Source: a virus
Reading direction: 5' to 3' (one strand)
UHGV virus genome: UHGV-0043900
Length of the DNA: 39,203 nucleotides
Under the pieces are notes generated by a model. The model did no database searches and was not told the DNA's origin. It saw only the letters and a program-made list of their open reading frames with translations. Numbering within the stretch: the stretch's first letter is position 1; every line of letters begins with the position of its first letter. This document shows positions 23,093-33,080 of this stretch, piece by piece. The position numbers and the translations under genes are program-made.

Positions 23093-24208
23093 ATGCCAGC
23101 CATTCACATTTTTAAAGCCGGTACTCATACCGATATGCACGGCAAAAAACTGCCGTTCACGCCAGACGATCTTGCCGCCTGCGTGAAAGCCTATGACCCG
23201 TCCGTCCATGAAGCTCCACTCGTGATTGGTCATCCCAGAACGGAAGACCCGGCGTGGGGCTGGGTGAAAGCCCTGTCGCTCAGCGGCGCCGATCTGATGG
23301 CAGAGCCTGCCCAGCTGGACCCGCAGTTTGCTGAGATGGTCACCGACGGGCGATTCAAAAAGGTATCCGCCTCTTTCTACCTCCCGGATTCACCGTCCAA
23401 TCCGAAGCCCGGCGTGCTCTACCTTCGCCATGTGGGCTTTCTCGGGGCACAGCCACCTTCCGTCAAAGGGCTGAAACAGGTGTCCTTCAGTGAGCAGGAA
23501 GAAGGTGTGGTGGAGTTCGCCGACTGGCAGGCCATCACGAATGCCTCCCTGTGGGGAAAGCTGCGCGATTTTCTGATCGCCCGCTTCAGTCTGGACGAGG
23601 CAGAAAAAGTCCTGCCGGAATGGCAGCTCAACAGTCTGCGCGAAGAGGCGTACCGCGACACACCGTCGCAGGATGCAGCAGGTGCGCAATTCAGTGAGAC
23701 AGGCCAGGTGCTGTCTTCCAAAAGTAACGAGGAATCATCGATGACAAAAGAAGAGATTGAAGCCCTTCAGGAGGAGAACCGCCGCCTGAAGCAGCAGGCT
23801 GCTGATCGCGATGCGCGTGATGCACAGGTCAGACAGGATCAACTGCATAAGGACAATGTGGCCTTTGCAGAAAAACTGGTCGCAGAGGGTCGTCTGGCTC
23901 CCCGCGCCTCCTCCGTGGTGGTTGCCCTGCTGGATGCCGTCGCCGGTGGCGACAAGCCGGTGGAGTTTGCTGAGGGGGAAAGCCGCACACCGCTGGCCAC
24001 CGCCTTCCGTTCATTGCTCTCCGACGGGGAGCCGGTGATGAACTTCGCCGAACAGGCCACAAAGGATCGTGTCGGCGACGCGGTGAAGGTGGATGTGGCG
24101 GAGTTTGCAGAAGCCGATCCTGAGCGTCTGGCCCTGCATCAGAAAGCAGTGGCCCTGTCCAAAAAAGAAGGCATCAGCTATGAGGCTGCTGTCGCACGCT
24201 GCCTGTAA
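23093..24208 (+). CDS. Prohead protease / scaffold protein (Mu I-like)
   Basis: 371 aa; N-terminal protease-like region and charged coiled-coil C-terminal half (EEIEALQEENRRLKQQAADRDARDAQ); located before the major capsid gene. Confidence 0.7.
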   Translation: MPAIHIFKAGTHTDMHGKKLPFTPDDLAACVKAYDPSVHEAPLVIGHPRTEDPAWGWVKALSLSGADLMAEPAQLDPQFAEMVTDGRFKKVSASFYLPDSPSNPKPGVLYLRHVGFLGAQPPSVKGLKQVSFSEQEEGVVEFADWQAITNASLWGKLRDFLIARFSLDEAEKVLPEWQLNSLREEAYRDTPSQDAAGAQFSETGQVLSSKSNEESSMTKEEIEALQEENRRLKQQAADRDARDAQVRQDQLHKDNVAFAEKLVAEGRLAPRASSVVVALLDAVAGGDKPVEFAEGESRTPLATAFRSLLSDGEPVMNFAEQATKDRVGDAVKVDVAEFAEADPERLALHQKAVALSKKEGISYEAAVARCL

Positions 24209-24222
24209 TTTAAGGAGAGAGC

Positions 24223-25176
24223 ATGTCTGATTACTTAAAAGGTAAACGTGTCGTTGATCCGGTACTGACCAGTATCGCCCGAGGCTATAAAAATGCCGCA
24301 TTCATTGGCGAACGTATTTTCCCCGTCGTGCTGACGGACAAGGAAGGCGTGCGTGTGCCGACCTTCGGGAAAACCGCCTTTGTGGAATATGACACCGAGC
24401 GTGCCGTCGGGGCGGACAGCAATGTTCTGGTCCGTGAGAAAACCGGCACGCTTGATCTGGTGCTGGGTGAGCACGATCTGGCTGCGCCAGTGGACTATCG
24501 CGAACAGGCGGAGTCCATGTTTAACGAGGAGAGCAAGGCCATCCGTCGCGCCACGAATGGCGTGAATCTGCGCCGTGAACTTATCGCCGCCCGTCTGGCT
24601 CAGGATGAAAAGGTCTACCGTACCGGGCACGTTAAAAAACTGACAGCCGGCGACCGCTGGGCCGGTGGTAAGGGGGACCCCATCGGGGTGATTGAAGCCG
24701 GTATGGAAGCGGTCCGTACGGCCACGGGGCTGCGTCCTAACCTGATGACCATGGGGGCCGGCGTGATGGCGCTGCTGAAGTTCCACCCGGCAATTCAGGC
24801 AGCCATCGGAGCCAACGAACGCAAGCGCATCACCACGGAGATCCTGCAGGACCTCTTTCAGATCGAAGAGATCGTCATCGGTGCTCCTGTCTCCCTGCCG
24901 TCCATGAAAGCGGCAATGGATAAGGACAGCGTGCCGACGGATATCTGGGGAGACAATCTGATGCTGCACTACGTCGGCAAGCCGCAGCCGGGGGCGGACA
25001 GCGCGGACGAGAACGAGCCGTCCTTCGGCTACACCCTGCGCCGTAAGGGGATGCCTGTTGCCGACAAGTACGACGGAGCCGGCGGCAAGGTGAAGTACTG
25101 CCGTTATACCGATATCTACAAAGTCGCCGTGGTTGGTGGCGATGCCGGGTATCTCATTACCGGTATCAGTAAATAA
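24223..25176 (+). CDS. Major capsid protein (Mu T-like)
   Basis: 317 aa; immediately follows protease/scaffold. Strong RBS AAGGAGAG. Confidence 0.65.
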   Translation: MSDYLKGKRVVDPVLTSIARGYKNAAFIGERIFPVVLTDKEGVRVPTFGKTAFVEYDTERAVGADSNVLVREKTGTLDLVLGEHDLAAPVDYREQAESMFNEESKAIRRATNGVNLRRELIAARLAQDEKVYRTGHVKKLTAGDRWAGGKGDPIGVIEAGMEAVRTATGLRPNLMTMGAGVMALLKFHPAIQAAIGANERKRITTEILQDLFQIEEIVIGAPVSLPSMKAAMDKDSVPTDIWGDNLMLHYVGKPQPGADSADENEPSFGYTLRRKGMPVADKYDGAGGKVKYCRYTDIYKVAVVGGDAGYLITGISK

Positions 25177-25185
25177 GGAGGCGTT

Positions 25186-25524
25186 ATGGGAACCACTCAG
25201 CAGGTCATTCTGATCACAACCGTAACGGCAGGGGCCGCACTGGCACAGCAGCGTTTTGTCGGGGCAGATAATACCCCCTGTAAAGCCGGTGCCGCAGCGC
25301 TCGGGGTTGCCGAAGTGGATGCTGTTACCGGCGACAGCACGCCGGTGAGCGTTCTGGGCATTATTGCTGTCGAGGCCGGGGCCGCTGTCAGCCGTGGTGT
25401 GGCTGTTCAGTCAGATGCTCAGGCCAGAGCCGTGCCGCAGTCCGGCGACGGTAAATCCTGTGGTATTGCACTTGATGAAGCCGGGGGTGAAGGCGACGTC
25501 ATTCGTATCCTGCGCGGGGTGTGA
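25186..25524 (+). CDS. Ala/Gly-rich small head-associated protein (possible decoration/cement protein)
   Basis: 112 aa, low complexity, directly after the capsid gene. Confidence 0.4.
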   Translation: MGTTQQVILITTVTAGAALAQQRFVGADNTPCKAGAAALGVAEVDAVTGDSTPVSVLGIIAVEAGAAVSRGVAVQSDAQARAVPQSGDGKSCGIALDEAGGEGDVIRILRGV

Positions 25525-25525
25525 C

Positions 25526-25972
25526 ATGTACTGCACCCTGGAGGATTTGCTTGCGCAGGTGCCGGAACGAACGCTGATCGAGCTCACCAGTGAAGAGATG
25601 GACTTCGACTCGCCTGCAACAGTGAATACCCGTGTGGTGGACAGCTGTATCCGCTATGCCGACGAGCTGATTGATGCCCATCTGCGCGGACGCTATATCC
25701 TGCCACTGGCAGAGATACCGACTGTTCTGCGGGACATTGCCATCACGCTGGTCCGTTACCGGCTCTACGCCCGCCGCCCGGAAGGTGACCTCCCGGATAC
25801 GGTGAAGGATGACCACAAAGAAGCGCTGCGGCAACTCAGGGAGTTACGTGATAACAGGCTCACGCTGGGGCTGCCGTCCACTCAGAAAGATGTGCCTGAG
25901 CCTGGCGAGTTTCGTGTACGCAGCCGTCCGGCCACTTTCGGCGGTCGTGACGGCTTACTGGAGAAATACTGA
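25526..25972 (+). CDS. Head-tail joining protein (Mu gp36-like)
   Basis: Internal ATG of ORF 25364-25972 (MYCTLEDLLAQVPERTL...); conserved position between capsid and tail genes. Confidence 0.55.
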   Translation: MYCTLEDLLAQVPERTLIELTSEEMDFDSPATVNTRVVDSCIRYADELIDAHLRGRYILPLAEIPTVLRDIAITLVRYRLYARRPEGDLPDTVKDDHKEALRQLRELRDNRLTLGLPSTQKDVPEPGEFRVRSRPATFGGRDGLLEKY

Positions 25973-26436
25973 TGAACGTTCTGCCCGTCCTTGATGCGGT
26001 GCTGGCCCGGTTGCGCGAGAAGCTGCCTCAGCTGCAGGTTGAGTACTTCCCGGAAAAGCCGTCCGAATATCGCCTCAATCATTCTGTCGGCGCGTTGCTG
26101 CTGAGCTATGCCGGTTCGCGCTTTGACAGGCCGGATGATACCGGTGCGGTGATCCAGCCTCAGACTATCCAGCTCTGCGTCACGGTGGTCTTCCGCCAGC
26201 TCAACGGTAAAAAAGGGGCGATTAATGTCCTGGATGCTGTCCGCCGCATTCTCGGTGGCTACACCCCGCCCGGGTGCCGCCGCCGTATCTGGCTGACCCG
26301 CGAGGTGTTTATCGGTGAAGTCAGGGGGCTGTGGCAATACGCCCTCGACTTCGCGACTGAAAGCGTCTTTATCGAAGACAGCGATTTACCGTCCGGCCCG
26401 CTGTTAACCGAAGTGAACTATGAGGAAAGCGAGTGA
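25972..26436 (+). CDS. Tail completion / head-tail connector protein (Mu gp37-like)
   Basis: 154 aa; ATG overlaps the upstream stop (ATGA). Confidence 0.55.
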   Translation: MNVLPVLDAVLARLREKLPQLQVEYFPEKPSEYRLNHSVGALLLSYAGSRFDRPDDTGAVIQPQTIQLCVTVVFRQLNGKKGAINVLDAVRRILGGYTPPGCRRRIWLTREVFIGEVRGLWQYALDFATESVFIEDSDLPSGPLLTEVNYEESE

Positions 26437-26687
26437 TGAAAGCATACCGCTATTCCGGCCCGGCCAGCGGCGTCACGCTGTCGGACGGAACCGAAGTCCT
26501 GCTCTGGCCGGGGAAAACTGTTTCCCTGCCGGAGGAGCATGACTACGTGAAGGTACTGGTGGCGCTGAAGCATCTGACGCCGGTATCTGAAGAGACAAAA
26601 CCCGCCGGCACACCGGCTGTGCAGTCACCAAAGCGCAGAAGCAGCAGTGACAGCGAAGTGAAAACGGAGGACTCCCATGGCAGCTAA
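26433..26687 (+). CDS. Small structural-module protein (Mu gp38-like position)
   Basis: 84 aa ORF immediately upstream of the sheath gene. Confidence 0.45.
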   Translation: MMKAYRYSGPASGVTLSDGTEVLLWPGKTVSLPEEHDYVKVLVALKHLTPVSEETKPAGTPAVQSPKRRSSSDSEVKTEDSHGS

Positions 26688-28104
26688 CTATCTGCATGGC
26701 GTCGAAACCATTGAAGTGGAAAACGGTGCCCGCCCGGTTAAAACGGTGAAATCTGCCGTTATTGGCCTGATTGGTACCGCACCAATGGGGGACGTCAATA
26801 CGCTGGTACAGTGCCTGTCTGAGAAAGACGCGGCGGCATTTGGCAGCCAGTTCACCGGCTTTACCATTCCGCAGGCGCTGGATGCGATTTATGACCATGG
26901 TGCAGGCACCGTTCTGGTCATTAACGTCCTCGATCCGTCTGTGCATAAAACCGCTGTGGTCAGTGAGAATGTGTCGTTCGACAAGGCGACAGGCAGAGCC
27001 CGGCTGGCTAATCCGGTGGTCGCGCAGCTGGTACTGAAACCGGACAGCGACGGTCAGCCTTATGTTGAAGGTCAGGACTACTCGCTTGATGCACAGACCG
27101 GGGTGATTACTAACCTGGGTAAAAGCATTGCTGCAGATGCAACGGTGAAGGCCAGCTATAACTATGCTGATCCGACCAAAGTCACCCCGGCTGATATCAT
27201 CGGTACCGTTAACGCTGCAGGCAACCGTACCGGCATGAAGCTGCTTAACGACAGTTTTAACCTGTTTGGCTACTTCGCCAAAATCCTGATTGCTCCGGTA
27301 TTCTGCACCCAGAACAGCGTCTCGGTTGAGCTTATCGCCATGGCTGAGAAACTGGGAGCAGTAACCTATATTGATGCGCCGGTTGGTACCACTTTTGCGC
27401 AGGCTCTGGCGGGACGTGGCCCGGAAGGCAACATTAACTTTAATACCAGCTCTGACCGTGTCCGCCTGTGCTACCCGCATGTGAAGGTATATGACCCGGT
27501 GACGAACACGGAGCGTCTGGAGCCACTGAGCCAGCGTGCTGCGGGCCTGCGTGCCAAAGTCGACCTGGATAAAGGGTACTGGTGGTCATCCTCCAATCAG
27601 GAAATTCTGGGGATCACCGGCGTGGAGCGCCAGCTGTCGGCAATGATTGACGATCCGCAGAGCGAGGTGAACCTGCTTAACGAACAGGGGATCACCACGG
27701 TATTCAGCAGTTACGGCAGCGGCCTTCGTCTGTGGGGGAACCGGATGGCAGCATGGCCAACGGTCACCCATATGCGCAACTTTGAGAACGTTCGTCGCAC
27801 CGGTGATGTGATCAACGAGTCCATTCGTTACTTCAGTCAGCAGTACATCGACATGCCGATTACTCAGGCGCTGATTGATGCACTGACGGAGTCGGTCAAC
27901 GCCTACGGTCGAAAGATGATTAGTGATGGTGCCCTGCTGGGCTTCAACTGCTGGTTTGATCCGGCCCGCAATCCGGAGACGGAACTGGCCGCCGGTCACC
28001 TGCTGCTGAGCTACAAATACACGCCACCACCGCCGCTGGAACGACTGACGTTTGAGACTGAGATCACCTCGGAATACCTGTTAACCCTGAAAGGGGGCAA
28101 CTGA
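26677..28104 (+). CDS. Tail sheath protein (Mu L-like)
   Basis: 475 aa; size and position directly upstream of the tube gene. Confidence 0.85.
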   Translation: MAANYLHGVETIEVENGARPVKTVKSAVIGLIGTAPMGDVNTLVQCLSEKDAAAFGSQFTGFTIPQALDAIYDHGAGTVLVINVLDPSVHKTAVVSENVSFDKATGRARLANPVVAQLVLKPDSDGQPYVEGQDYSLDAQTGVITNLGKSIAADATVKASYNYADPTKVTPADIIGTVNAAGNRTGMKLLNDSFNLFGYFAKILIAPVFCTQNSVSVELIAMAEKLGAVTYIDAPVGTTFAQALAGRGPEGNINFNTSSDRVRLCYPHVKVYDPVTNTERLEPLSQRAAGLRAKVDLDKGYWWSSSNQEILGITGVERQLSAMIDDPQSEVNLLNEQGITTVFSSYGSGLRLWGNRMAAWPTVTHMRNFENVRRTGDVINESIRYFSQQYIDMPITQALIDALTESVNAYGRKMISDGALLGFNCWFDPARNPETELAAGHLLLSYKYTPPPPLERLTFETEITSEYLLTLKGGN

Positions 28105-28625
28105 TGTCAAAGATTGAGATAAACCGAATCACGAATGCCAACATCTATCTGGATGGTACTAACCTGCTGGGACGGGCTGAGGAGGTTAAACTCCCCGATG
28201 TCTCCATGATTATGCAGGAACACAAGGCACTGGGGATGGTGGGTAAGGTGGAACTCCCGGCTGGTTTTGACAAACTGGAAGGCGAAATCAAATGGAACAG
28301 CTTTTACCGCGATGCGATGCTGTCTGCCGCGAACCCGTACAGGTCGCTGGCGCTGCAGTGTCGCTCCAGCGTCCAGCGCTACAGCTCGCAGGGGCTGATT
28401 GACGAAATCCCGCTGGTCACCTTCCTGACAATTATGTTCAAGAAGAACCCGCTGGGGACGTTCAAACAGCACGAGAACGCCGAGTTCTCCAGCAGCTTCA
28501 CCTGCACGTATATCAGACAGGTACTGGATGGTGAAGAGCTGCTGATGCTGGACTACCTGGCCAACATCTTCCGCGTCGGTGGCGTTGATCAACTGACCGA
28601 CTACCGCATCAATATCGGAGGCTGA
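28104..28625 (+). CDS. Tail tube protein (Mu M-like)
   Basis: 173 aa immediately after the sheath with ATGA overlap. Confidence 0.75.
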   Translation: MSKIEINRITNANIYLDGTNLLGRAEEVKLPDVSMIMQEHKALGMVGKVELPAGFDKLEGEIKWNSFYRDAMLSAANPYRSLALQCRSSVQRYSSQGLIDEIPLVTFLTIMFKKNPLGTFKQHENAEFSSSFTCTYIRQVLDGEELLMLDYLANIFRVGGVDQLTDYRINIGG

Positions 28626-28627
28626 CG

Positions 28628-28909
28628 GTGAGTGTTGAACTGACGGATAAAGGAGGACGATGTGCGGCACTGGGCATGTCAAATGGTACGTGGTTTACCC
28701 TCCTTGATATTCCGGGGGTGGAAACCCTTTTTAATACCCGTAAAACCAATGACCCGATTGACTGCTCGCGTTCAAAGGCCCGCAAACTGGCGGATTTGAT
28801 TGAAGCATGGGAGCCACCCGATCACTGGTTCTCCGGCATCGACAAATCTGAGGGAAAGGCGCTTCTCATCGCTTTCCTGCGTAACTGCAAGGGGTTTCGC
28901 ACTTGCTGA
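28628..28909 (+). CDS. Hypothetical tail-module protein (93 aa, GTG start)
   Basis: GTG start 5 nt after GGAGG; followed by a terminator. No motif recognised. Confidence 0.45.
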   Translation: MSVELTDKGGRCAALGMSNGTWFTLLDIPGVETLFNTRKTNDPIDCSRSKARKLADLIEAWEPPDHWFSGIDKSEGKALLIAFLRNCKGFRTC

Positions 28910-28916
28910 TATCACA

Positions 28917-28940
28917 GGGGCTCCGGCCCCTTTCTTCTTA
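28917..28940 (+). terminator. Rho-independent terminator (GC stem plus T-tract) within the tail gene cluster
   Basis: GGGGCTCCGGCCCC stem-loop followed by TTTCTTCTT. Confidence 0.5.
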
Positions 28941-29007
28941 ATCTCCTTTAATATCCGTCACGTCCACCGCCAGACATACTGCCCTGAACTTACACAGGAG
29001 CACGATC

Positions 29008-29343
29008 ATGTCACAGACCCAGCCAGATACTTTTACGCTGTCTTATCCTTTCACCACTGCTGCCGGCACCAGAATTGAGCAGATTGAACTGAAACGCCTG
29101 ACGGTAAAAGACCTGAAGCAGGTGCGCAAAATCAACAAAGACCCGGCAGACTGGGACGAACCGCTGATTGCCCGTAGCACTGGTATCCTCCCGGAGGACC
29201 TCGATAACATGGATCTTGCCGACTATATGGAGCTGCAGAAACGATTTCAGAAAATCACTGGGCTGGACAAGAGCGACAAAAACGCTGACGCAGGCGCAGG
29301 GGCTGCTGGCAAGGTGGTTCAGGTTTCAGCCGGGGGAGATTGA
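29008..29343 (+). CDS. Tail assembly chaperone (Mu gp41 / P2 E / lambda G analogue)
   Basis: 111 aa acidic protein directly upstream of the tape measure gene; its 3' half is overlapped by a long open +1 frame. Confidence 0.6.
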   Translation: MSQTQPDTFTLSYPFTTAAGTRIEQIELKRLTVKDLKQVRKINKDPADWDEPLIARSTGILPEDLDNMDLADYMELQKRFQKITGLDKSDKNADAGAGAAGKVVQVSAGGD

Positions 29344-29425
29344 TGCCCTCGATACTGACGATCTGGAGATGTGGCTGGAGCAGGCTGAAGAGCAAATCAA
29401 AAGCGAGTTCGGCGACAATCAGTAA
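29332..29425 (+). other. Putative programmed frameshift extension of the tail chaperone (+1 or -2 at a G5 run)
   Basis: The +1 frame (ORF 29168-29425) is open across the chaperone 3' region and continues 82 nt past its stop as an acidic tail EIDALDTDDLEMWLEQAEEQIKSEFGDNQ. The GGGGG run at 29332-29336 lies just before the frame-0 stop. Confidence 0.4.
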
Positions 29426-29518
29426 CAACGTATCACTTAACAGCCGTCAGTCGCGGCTGTTCTACATGGGTTTCAGATACTTCCCTTCCGTTTTTTTTGC
29501 TTTCAGAGGATAGCCACC

Positions 29519-31984
29519 GTGGCCAGTGAATTTTCAGTCGGCGTCATTATTGGCGGCATTGTCGGGAGCAGCTTCCGCTCAGCCGTCAGTGGCACCCGAC
29601 GCGCCCTTGATTCCCTTGGTGATACCTCCCGCCGTCTGCAGGAACGTCAGAATGCCTTAACCCGGGCAACAGAACGTTATGGTCAGTTGGGTTCTTCCCG
29701 GATGCAGCGTCTCAACAGCGAGTTGCTGCGGGTAAGCCGCACCATGGAGCAAATTGAACGTCAGCAGCGCCGTCTGTCAGCAGTATCAGCCACCGATGAT
29801 GCGTTGAAGGCTAACCGCATGGCGCTCTATGGTCAGGGTGCAGAAACCTATGCTATTGGCAGAACGCTGGGCGCACCGGTCATAGCCTCGGTTAAACAAT
29901 ATGCCTCGTTTGAATCACAGTTGCGGGATATCAGTGTCACAGGAGACCTGGATGCAAAACAGGAACGTGCAATTGGCTTGGCTATCAGACAGGCCGCACT
30001 GAAGGTTAACCAACTGCAGGAGTCTCTGTTAGGGGGAGTCGGACAATTAGTTGCTGATGGTATGGCCCCTGAACGGGCAGCAACGTTTGCAGAGATGCTT
30101 GGAAAGACCGCTACAGCAACCAAAGCCGATATGACCGACCTTGCCAAAATGACTTATGCCTTCAGCGATGCGCTCAGAATCACCGATGCGAAAGAACTGG
30201 AACAGGCGTTTGGTATTGCGGCAACAGGAGCCAAACTTGGGTCATTTGAGCTGAAGGATATGGCAAAAGCATTACCCGGTATGGCTAAAGCCTTCGCTGC
30301 TCGTGGCATTTATGGAAAAGATGCAATTACCCAGATTGTTGCCAGTCTGGAGGTCGGTAAAGGTAGTGGCTCTGCAGAGGAAGCGGTCACCAATATGTCC
30401 AACTGGCTGGCAGCGATGGGCCGCGGAGATACCATCCAGAAATATGCTAAAGCCGGGGTAGATTACCAGGGGTCAATGCAGAATTACGTCGCTCAGGGTT
30501 TTTCGCAGTACGAAGCTTCACTGATGATTGCCAACCGTTTTATCGACAGTAAAGGCAAAGCGTTTTTGCAGCAATGGAAAGTCGCAGGAGCAAGAGGCGA
30601 TCAGGAAGGTCAGCAGAAACTCATGGAGTCATTTGGTCTGGCTGAGGTCTTTACCGATATTCAGACTGTCAACCATTTACTGTCAATGCGACAGGGCTGG
30701 GATAAATACCTTTCCAGTAAGCAGGAAATGAATGCTCCGGCTGCAATGTCTACCCTGGATAAGGATGCTGCAAAGCAGAATGATACGCTTGAAGGTCGCT
30801 GGCGCAGAATGCAGATCGGCTTTAATGATTCTGCTATCAGCATCGGGCAATCCTTGCGTCCGGCTTTGCTCCAGTTGGGTGAAACATTTATTCCTTTAAT
30901 GGACAGCGTTGGCAAATGGATAGCGGCAAATCCGCAGCTCGTCAGCAGCACCATAAAGGTTGTGGGCGCATTACTCGCTTTCAGGATGGCCACTATCGGT
31001 CTCAAGCTTGGGCTGAATCTCCTTATTTCCCCCTTTGTAAGCGTCTGGAAAAATGCTGTTTTGCTTCGGGCCAACTGGCTTCGTCTGACGCTTGCACTGG
31101 GGGAAGGCGGTAAGCTCCGCTGGCTGGTGACAGGTTTTGGTGCCGTCGCCAGAGGAGCCAGAACACTGGGTAGTGTGCTCTCAGGGGGGCTGGTTCGCGG
31201 CATTATGATCGCCGGGCGTGCCGTTCTCTGGATTGGCCGGGCGCTGCTGATGAATCCCATCGGTCTCGCTATCACCGCCGTTGCGGCAGCAGCTTACCTT
31301 ATCTACCGTAACTGGGGCGCAGTCAGTAGCTGGTTTAAACAGCGCTGGGCTGACATTAAAGAAGCCTTTAACGGCGGTATAGTGGGAATTGGTAAACTGC
31401 TGGTTAACTGGTCTCCTGCGGGGCTGCTTTATAAAGCCTTTGCAGCTGCGCTGAAATATCTCGGCGTTGATTTGCCGACGAAGTTCACCGACTTCGGTGG
31501 TCATCTTATCGACGGGCTGATAAATGGCATCAGAAACAAATGGGAGTCGCTCAAAACCAGCATAACCGAAATGAGTGACAGCATCAGTGGCTGGTTCAGC
31601 GAAAAGCTGGGCATCCATTCACCGAGTCGAGTATTTATGGGATTTGGTGACAATATCGCACAGGGGGCCGCCATTGGCCTGCAACGAACCACTCCGCTTG
31701 CAGCTCTGGCCGGGCAGCGTCTGGCCGCTGAAATGACACCGGATGTTCCCCGTATCCCGTCGCCGGAAATTATGACTGCCGGATATTCAGGCCGTGGAGC
31801 AACTGCCACTGGCGGTGGAACGTCTGGCAGTATCCAGATCAGCTTTAATCCTCAGTTTTTCCTCAATGGTAAGGAAACCGCAGCGCCTGCCGGGCTGACT
31901 GGTGCCCTGAATATGAGCCTGCATGAGCTGGAAAAAATGCTGGAGCGTCTGCTGATTCAGAAACAACGTAAGGAGTACAGCTGA
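29519..31984 (+). CDS. Tail tape measure protein
   Basis: 821 aa, GTG start with GAGGA RBS, helical with central hydrophobic segments; located between the chaperone and baseplate genes. Confidence 0.85.
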   Translation: MASEFSVGVIIGGIVGSSFRSAVSGTRRALDSLGDTSRRLQERQNALTRATERYGQLGSSRMQRLNSELLRVSRTMEQIERQQRRLSAVSATDDALKANRMALYGQGAETYAIGRTLGAPVIASVKQYASFESQLRDISVTGDLDAKQERAIGLAIRQAALKVNQLQESLLGGVGQLVADGMAPERAATFAEMLGKTATATKADMTDLAKMTYAFSDALRITDAKELEQAFGIAATGAKLGSFELKDMAKALPGMAKAFAARGIYGKDAITQIVASLEVGKGSGSAEEAVTNMSNWLAAMGRGDTIQKYAKAGVDYQGSMQNYVAQGFSQYEASLMIANRFIDSKGKAFLQQWKVAGARGDQEGQQKLMESFGLAEVFTDIQTVNHLLSMRQGWDKYLSSKQEMNAPAAMSTLDKDAAKQNDTLEGRWRRMQIGFNDSAISIGQSLRPALLQLGETFIPLMDSVGKWIAANPQLVSSTIKVVGALLAFRMATIGLKLGLNLLISPFVSVWKNAVLLRANWLRLTLALGEGGKLRWLVTGFGAVARGARTLGSVLSGGLVRGIMIAGRAVLWIGRALLMNPIGLAITAVAAAAYLIYRNWGAVSSWFKQRWADIKEAFNGGIVGIGKLLVNWSPAGLLYKAFAAALKYLGVDLPTKFTDFGGHLIDGLINGIRNKWESLKTSITEMSDSISGWFSEKLGIHSPSRVFMGFGDNIAQGAAIGLQRTTPLAALAGQRLAAEMTPDVPRIPSPEIMTAGYSGRGATATGGGTSGSIQISFNPQFFLNGKETAAPAGLTGALNMSLHELEKMLERLLIQKQRKEYS

Positions 31985-32868
31985 TGTTTGCCGTACTGGG
32001 TGATATTGAGTTTGAACTGATTACCTACTGGGACGGCTTCGAGGCCACGTTCGGCGTCGATTATGCGGAGCATGCCCGCATCGAGGGTAAACCCGGCCTG
32101 CAGTTCGTCGGCGACAGGCTGGACGAAATCCAGATAAGTCTGATCTTCCATCAGCATTATTGTGTGCCCGACGTGGAGCTGGCGAGACTGCGAACAGCCA
32201 TGAAGGCCCATCAGGCACTGGCGCTGGTTTTCGGCAACGGTGACTATCGCGGCTGGTTCGTGATTACCGATGTGACCGCAACCAGCGAGCAGACAGACAG
32301 CACCGGTAACGTGCTGGCTGTCAGTGCCACCGTGTCTCTCCGGGAATACACCGGTGACCCCAAAAATCCTCTGCAACCGCCGGCAATACGCAGGCAGGTT
32401 CCCGGAGCCGGGGCCGTATCTGGTGCTGTTCCATCGCCTTCCGGGGTGGCTCAGTTCGTCCGTAACGGTGTCAACTATGCGAAACAGGCGCAGTCTGTAC
32501 TCCAGACTACCATCAGTGCCGTTCGGGTGGCGCAGAAAATGAAAGGTAACCCCGTTGTCGCGCTGACCCGTGTGCCGGGACTGATGAGCGGACTGGGTAA
32601 TATATCCGGATCTCTGGGGAAAAGTATTCCGGCATTTAATGCTCTCTCTGAATCCATGCCCGATGCCATCAGTCTGGCCAGAACAGCCAGCGAAGCAGTC
32701 ATGTGTGTACAGCAGGCGCAGTCGGCGCTGAGTGGTGTGGACAAAAGAAATATTGCAGGTGCTCTGGATACCGTTTCCGGGCAGCTTAACGCTGCCGGCA
32801 CCGCATTCAACCGCATGTCTCCGGGATTAAGTGCAATGGCCGCCAGAATACTGACGAGGAGTGTGTGA
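31984..32868 (+). CDS. Tail/baseplate protein (Mu N 'DNA circulation' / P2 gpU-like position)
   Basis: 294 aa immediately after the tape measure with ATGA overlap. Confidence 0.55.
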   Translation: MFAVLGDIEFELITYWDGFEATFGVDYAEHARIEGKPGLQFVGDRLDEIQISLIFHQHYCVPDVELARLRTAMKAHQALALVFGNGDYRGWFVITDVTATSEQTDSTGNVLAVSATVSLREYTGDPKNPLQPPAIRRQVPGAGAVSGAVPSPSGVAQFVRNGVNYAKQAQSVLQTTISAVRVAQKMKGNPVVALTRVPGLMSGLGNISGSLGKSIPAFNALSESMPDAISLARTASEAVMCVQQAQSALSGVDKRNIAGALDTVSGQLNAAGTAFNRMSPGLSAMAARILTRSV

Positions 32869-33080
32869 TGTTTCTTGAACATATTACCTGTGACGGAGAG
32901 CGCTGGGATTCGCTGGCATGGCAGTACTACGGTGACCCGTTGGGCTATCCCCGGATTATTGCCGCCAATCCGCACGTGGCCATTACGCCAGTGCTGCCCT
33001 CCGGGTTGTTGTTACTGATCCCGGTTATTGAGGCTGAAGATGCCCGTACAGAAGAGGATATTGCCCCATGGCTGAGATAA
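32865..33080 (+). CDS. Tail protein X-like (LysM-like small tail protein)
   Basis: 71 aa; DSLAWQYYGDPLGYPRIIAANP resembles the P2 gpX motif. Confidence 0.6.
   Translation: MMFLEHITCDGERWDSLAWQYYGDPLGYPRIIAANPHVAITPVLPSGLLLLIPVIEAEDARTEEDIAPWLR

Noticed and set aside
26473-27480. 335-aa minus-strand ORF opposite the tail sheath gene
   Set aside because: Antisense to a conserved structural gene; low-complexity translation.
29331-29515. -1 frame extension of the tail chaperone as the frameshift product
   Set aside because: That frame is open to just before the tape measure start but translates as low-complexity sequence and runs through an intergenic hairpin; the +1 frame extension looks more protein-like. 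Not experimentally resolved.
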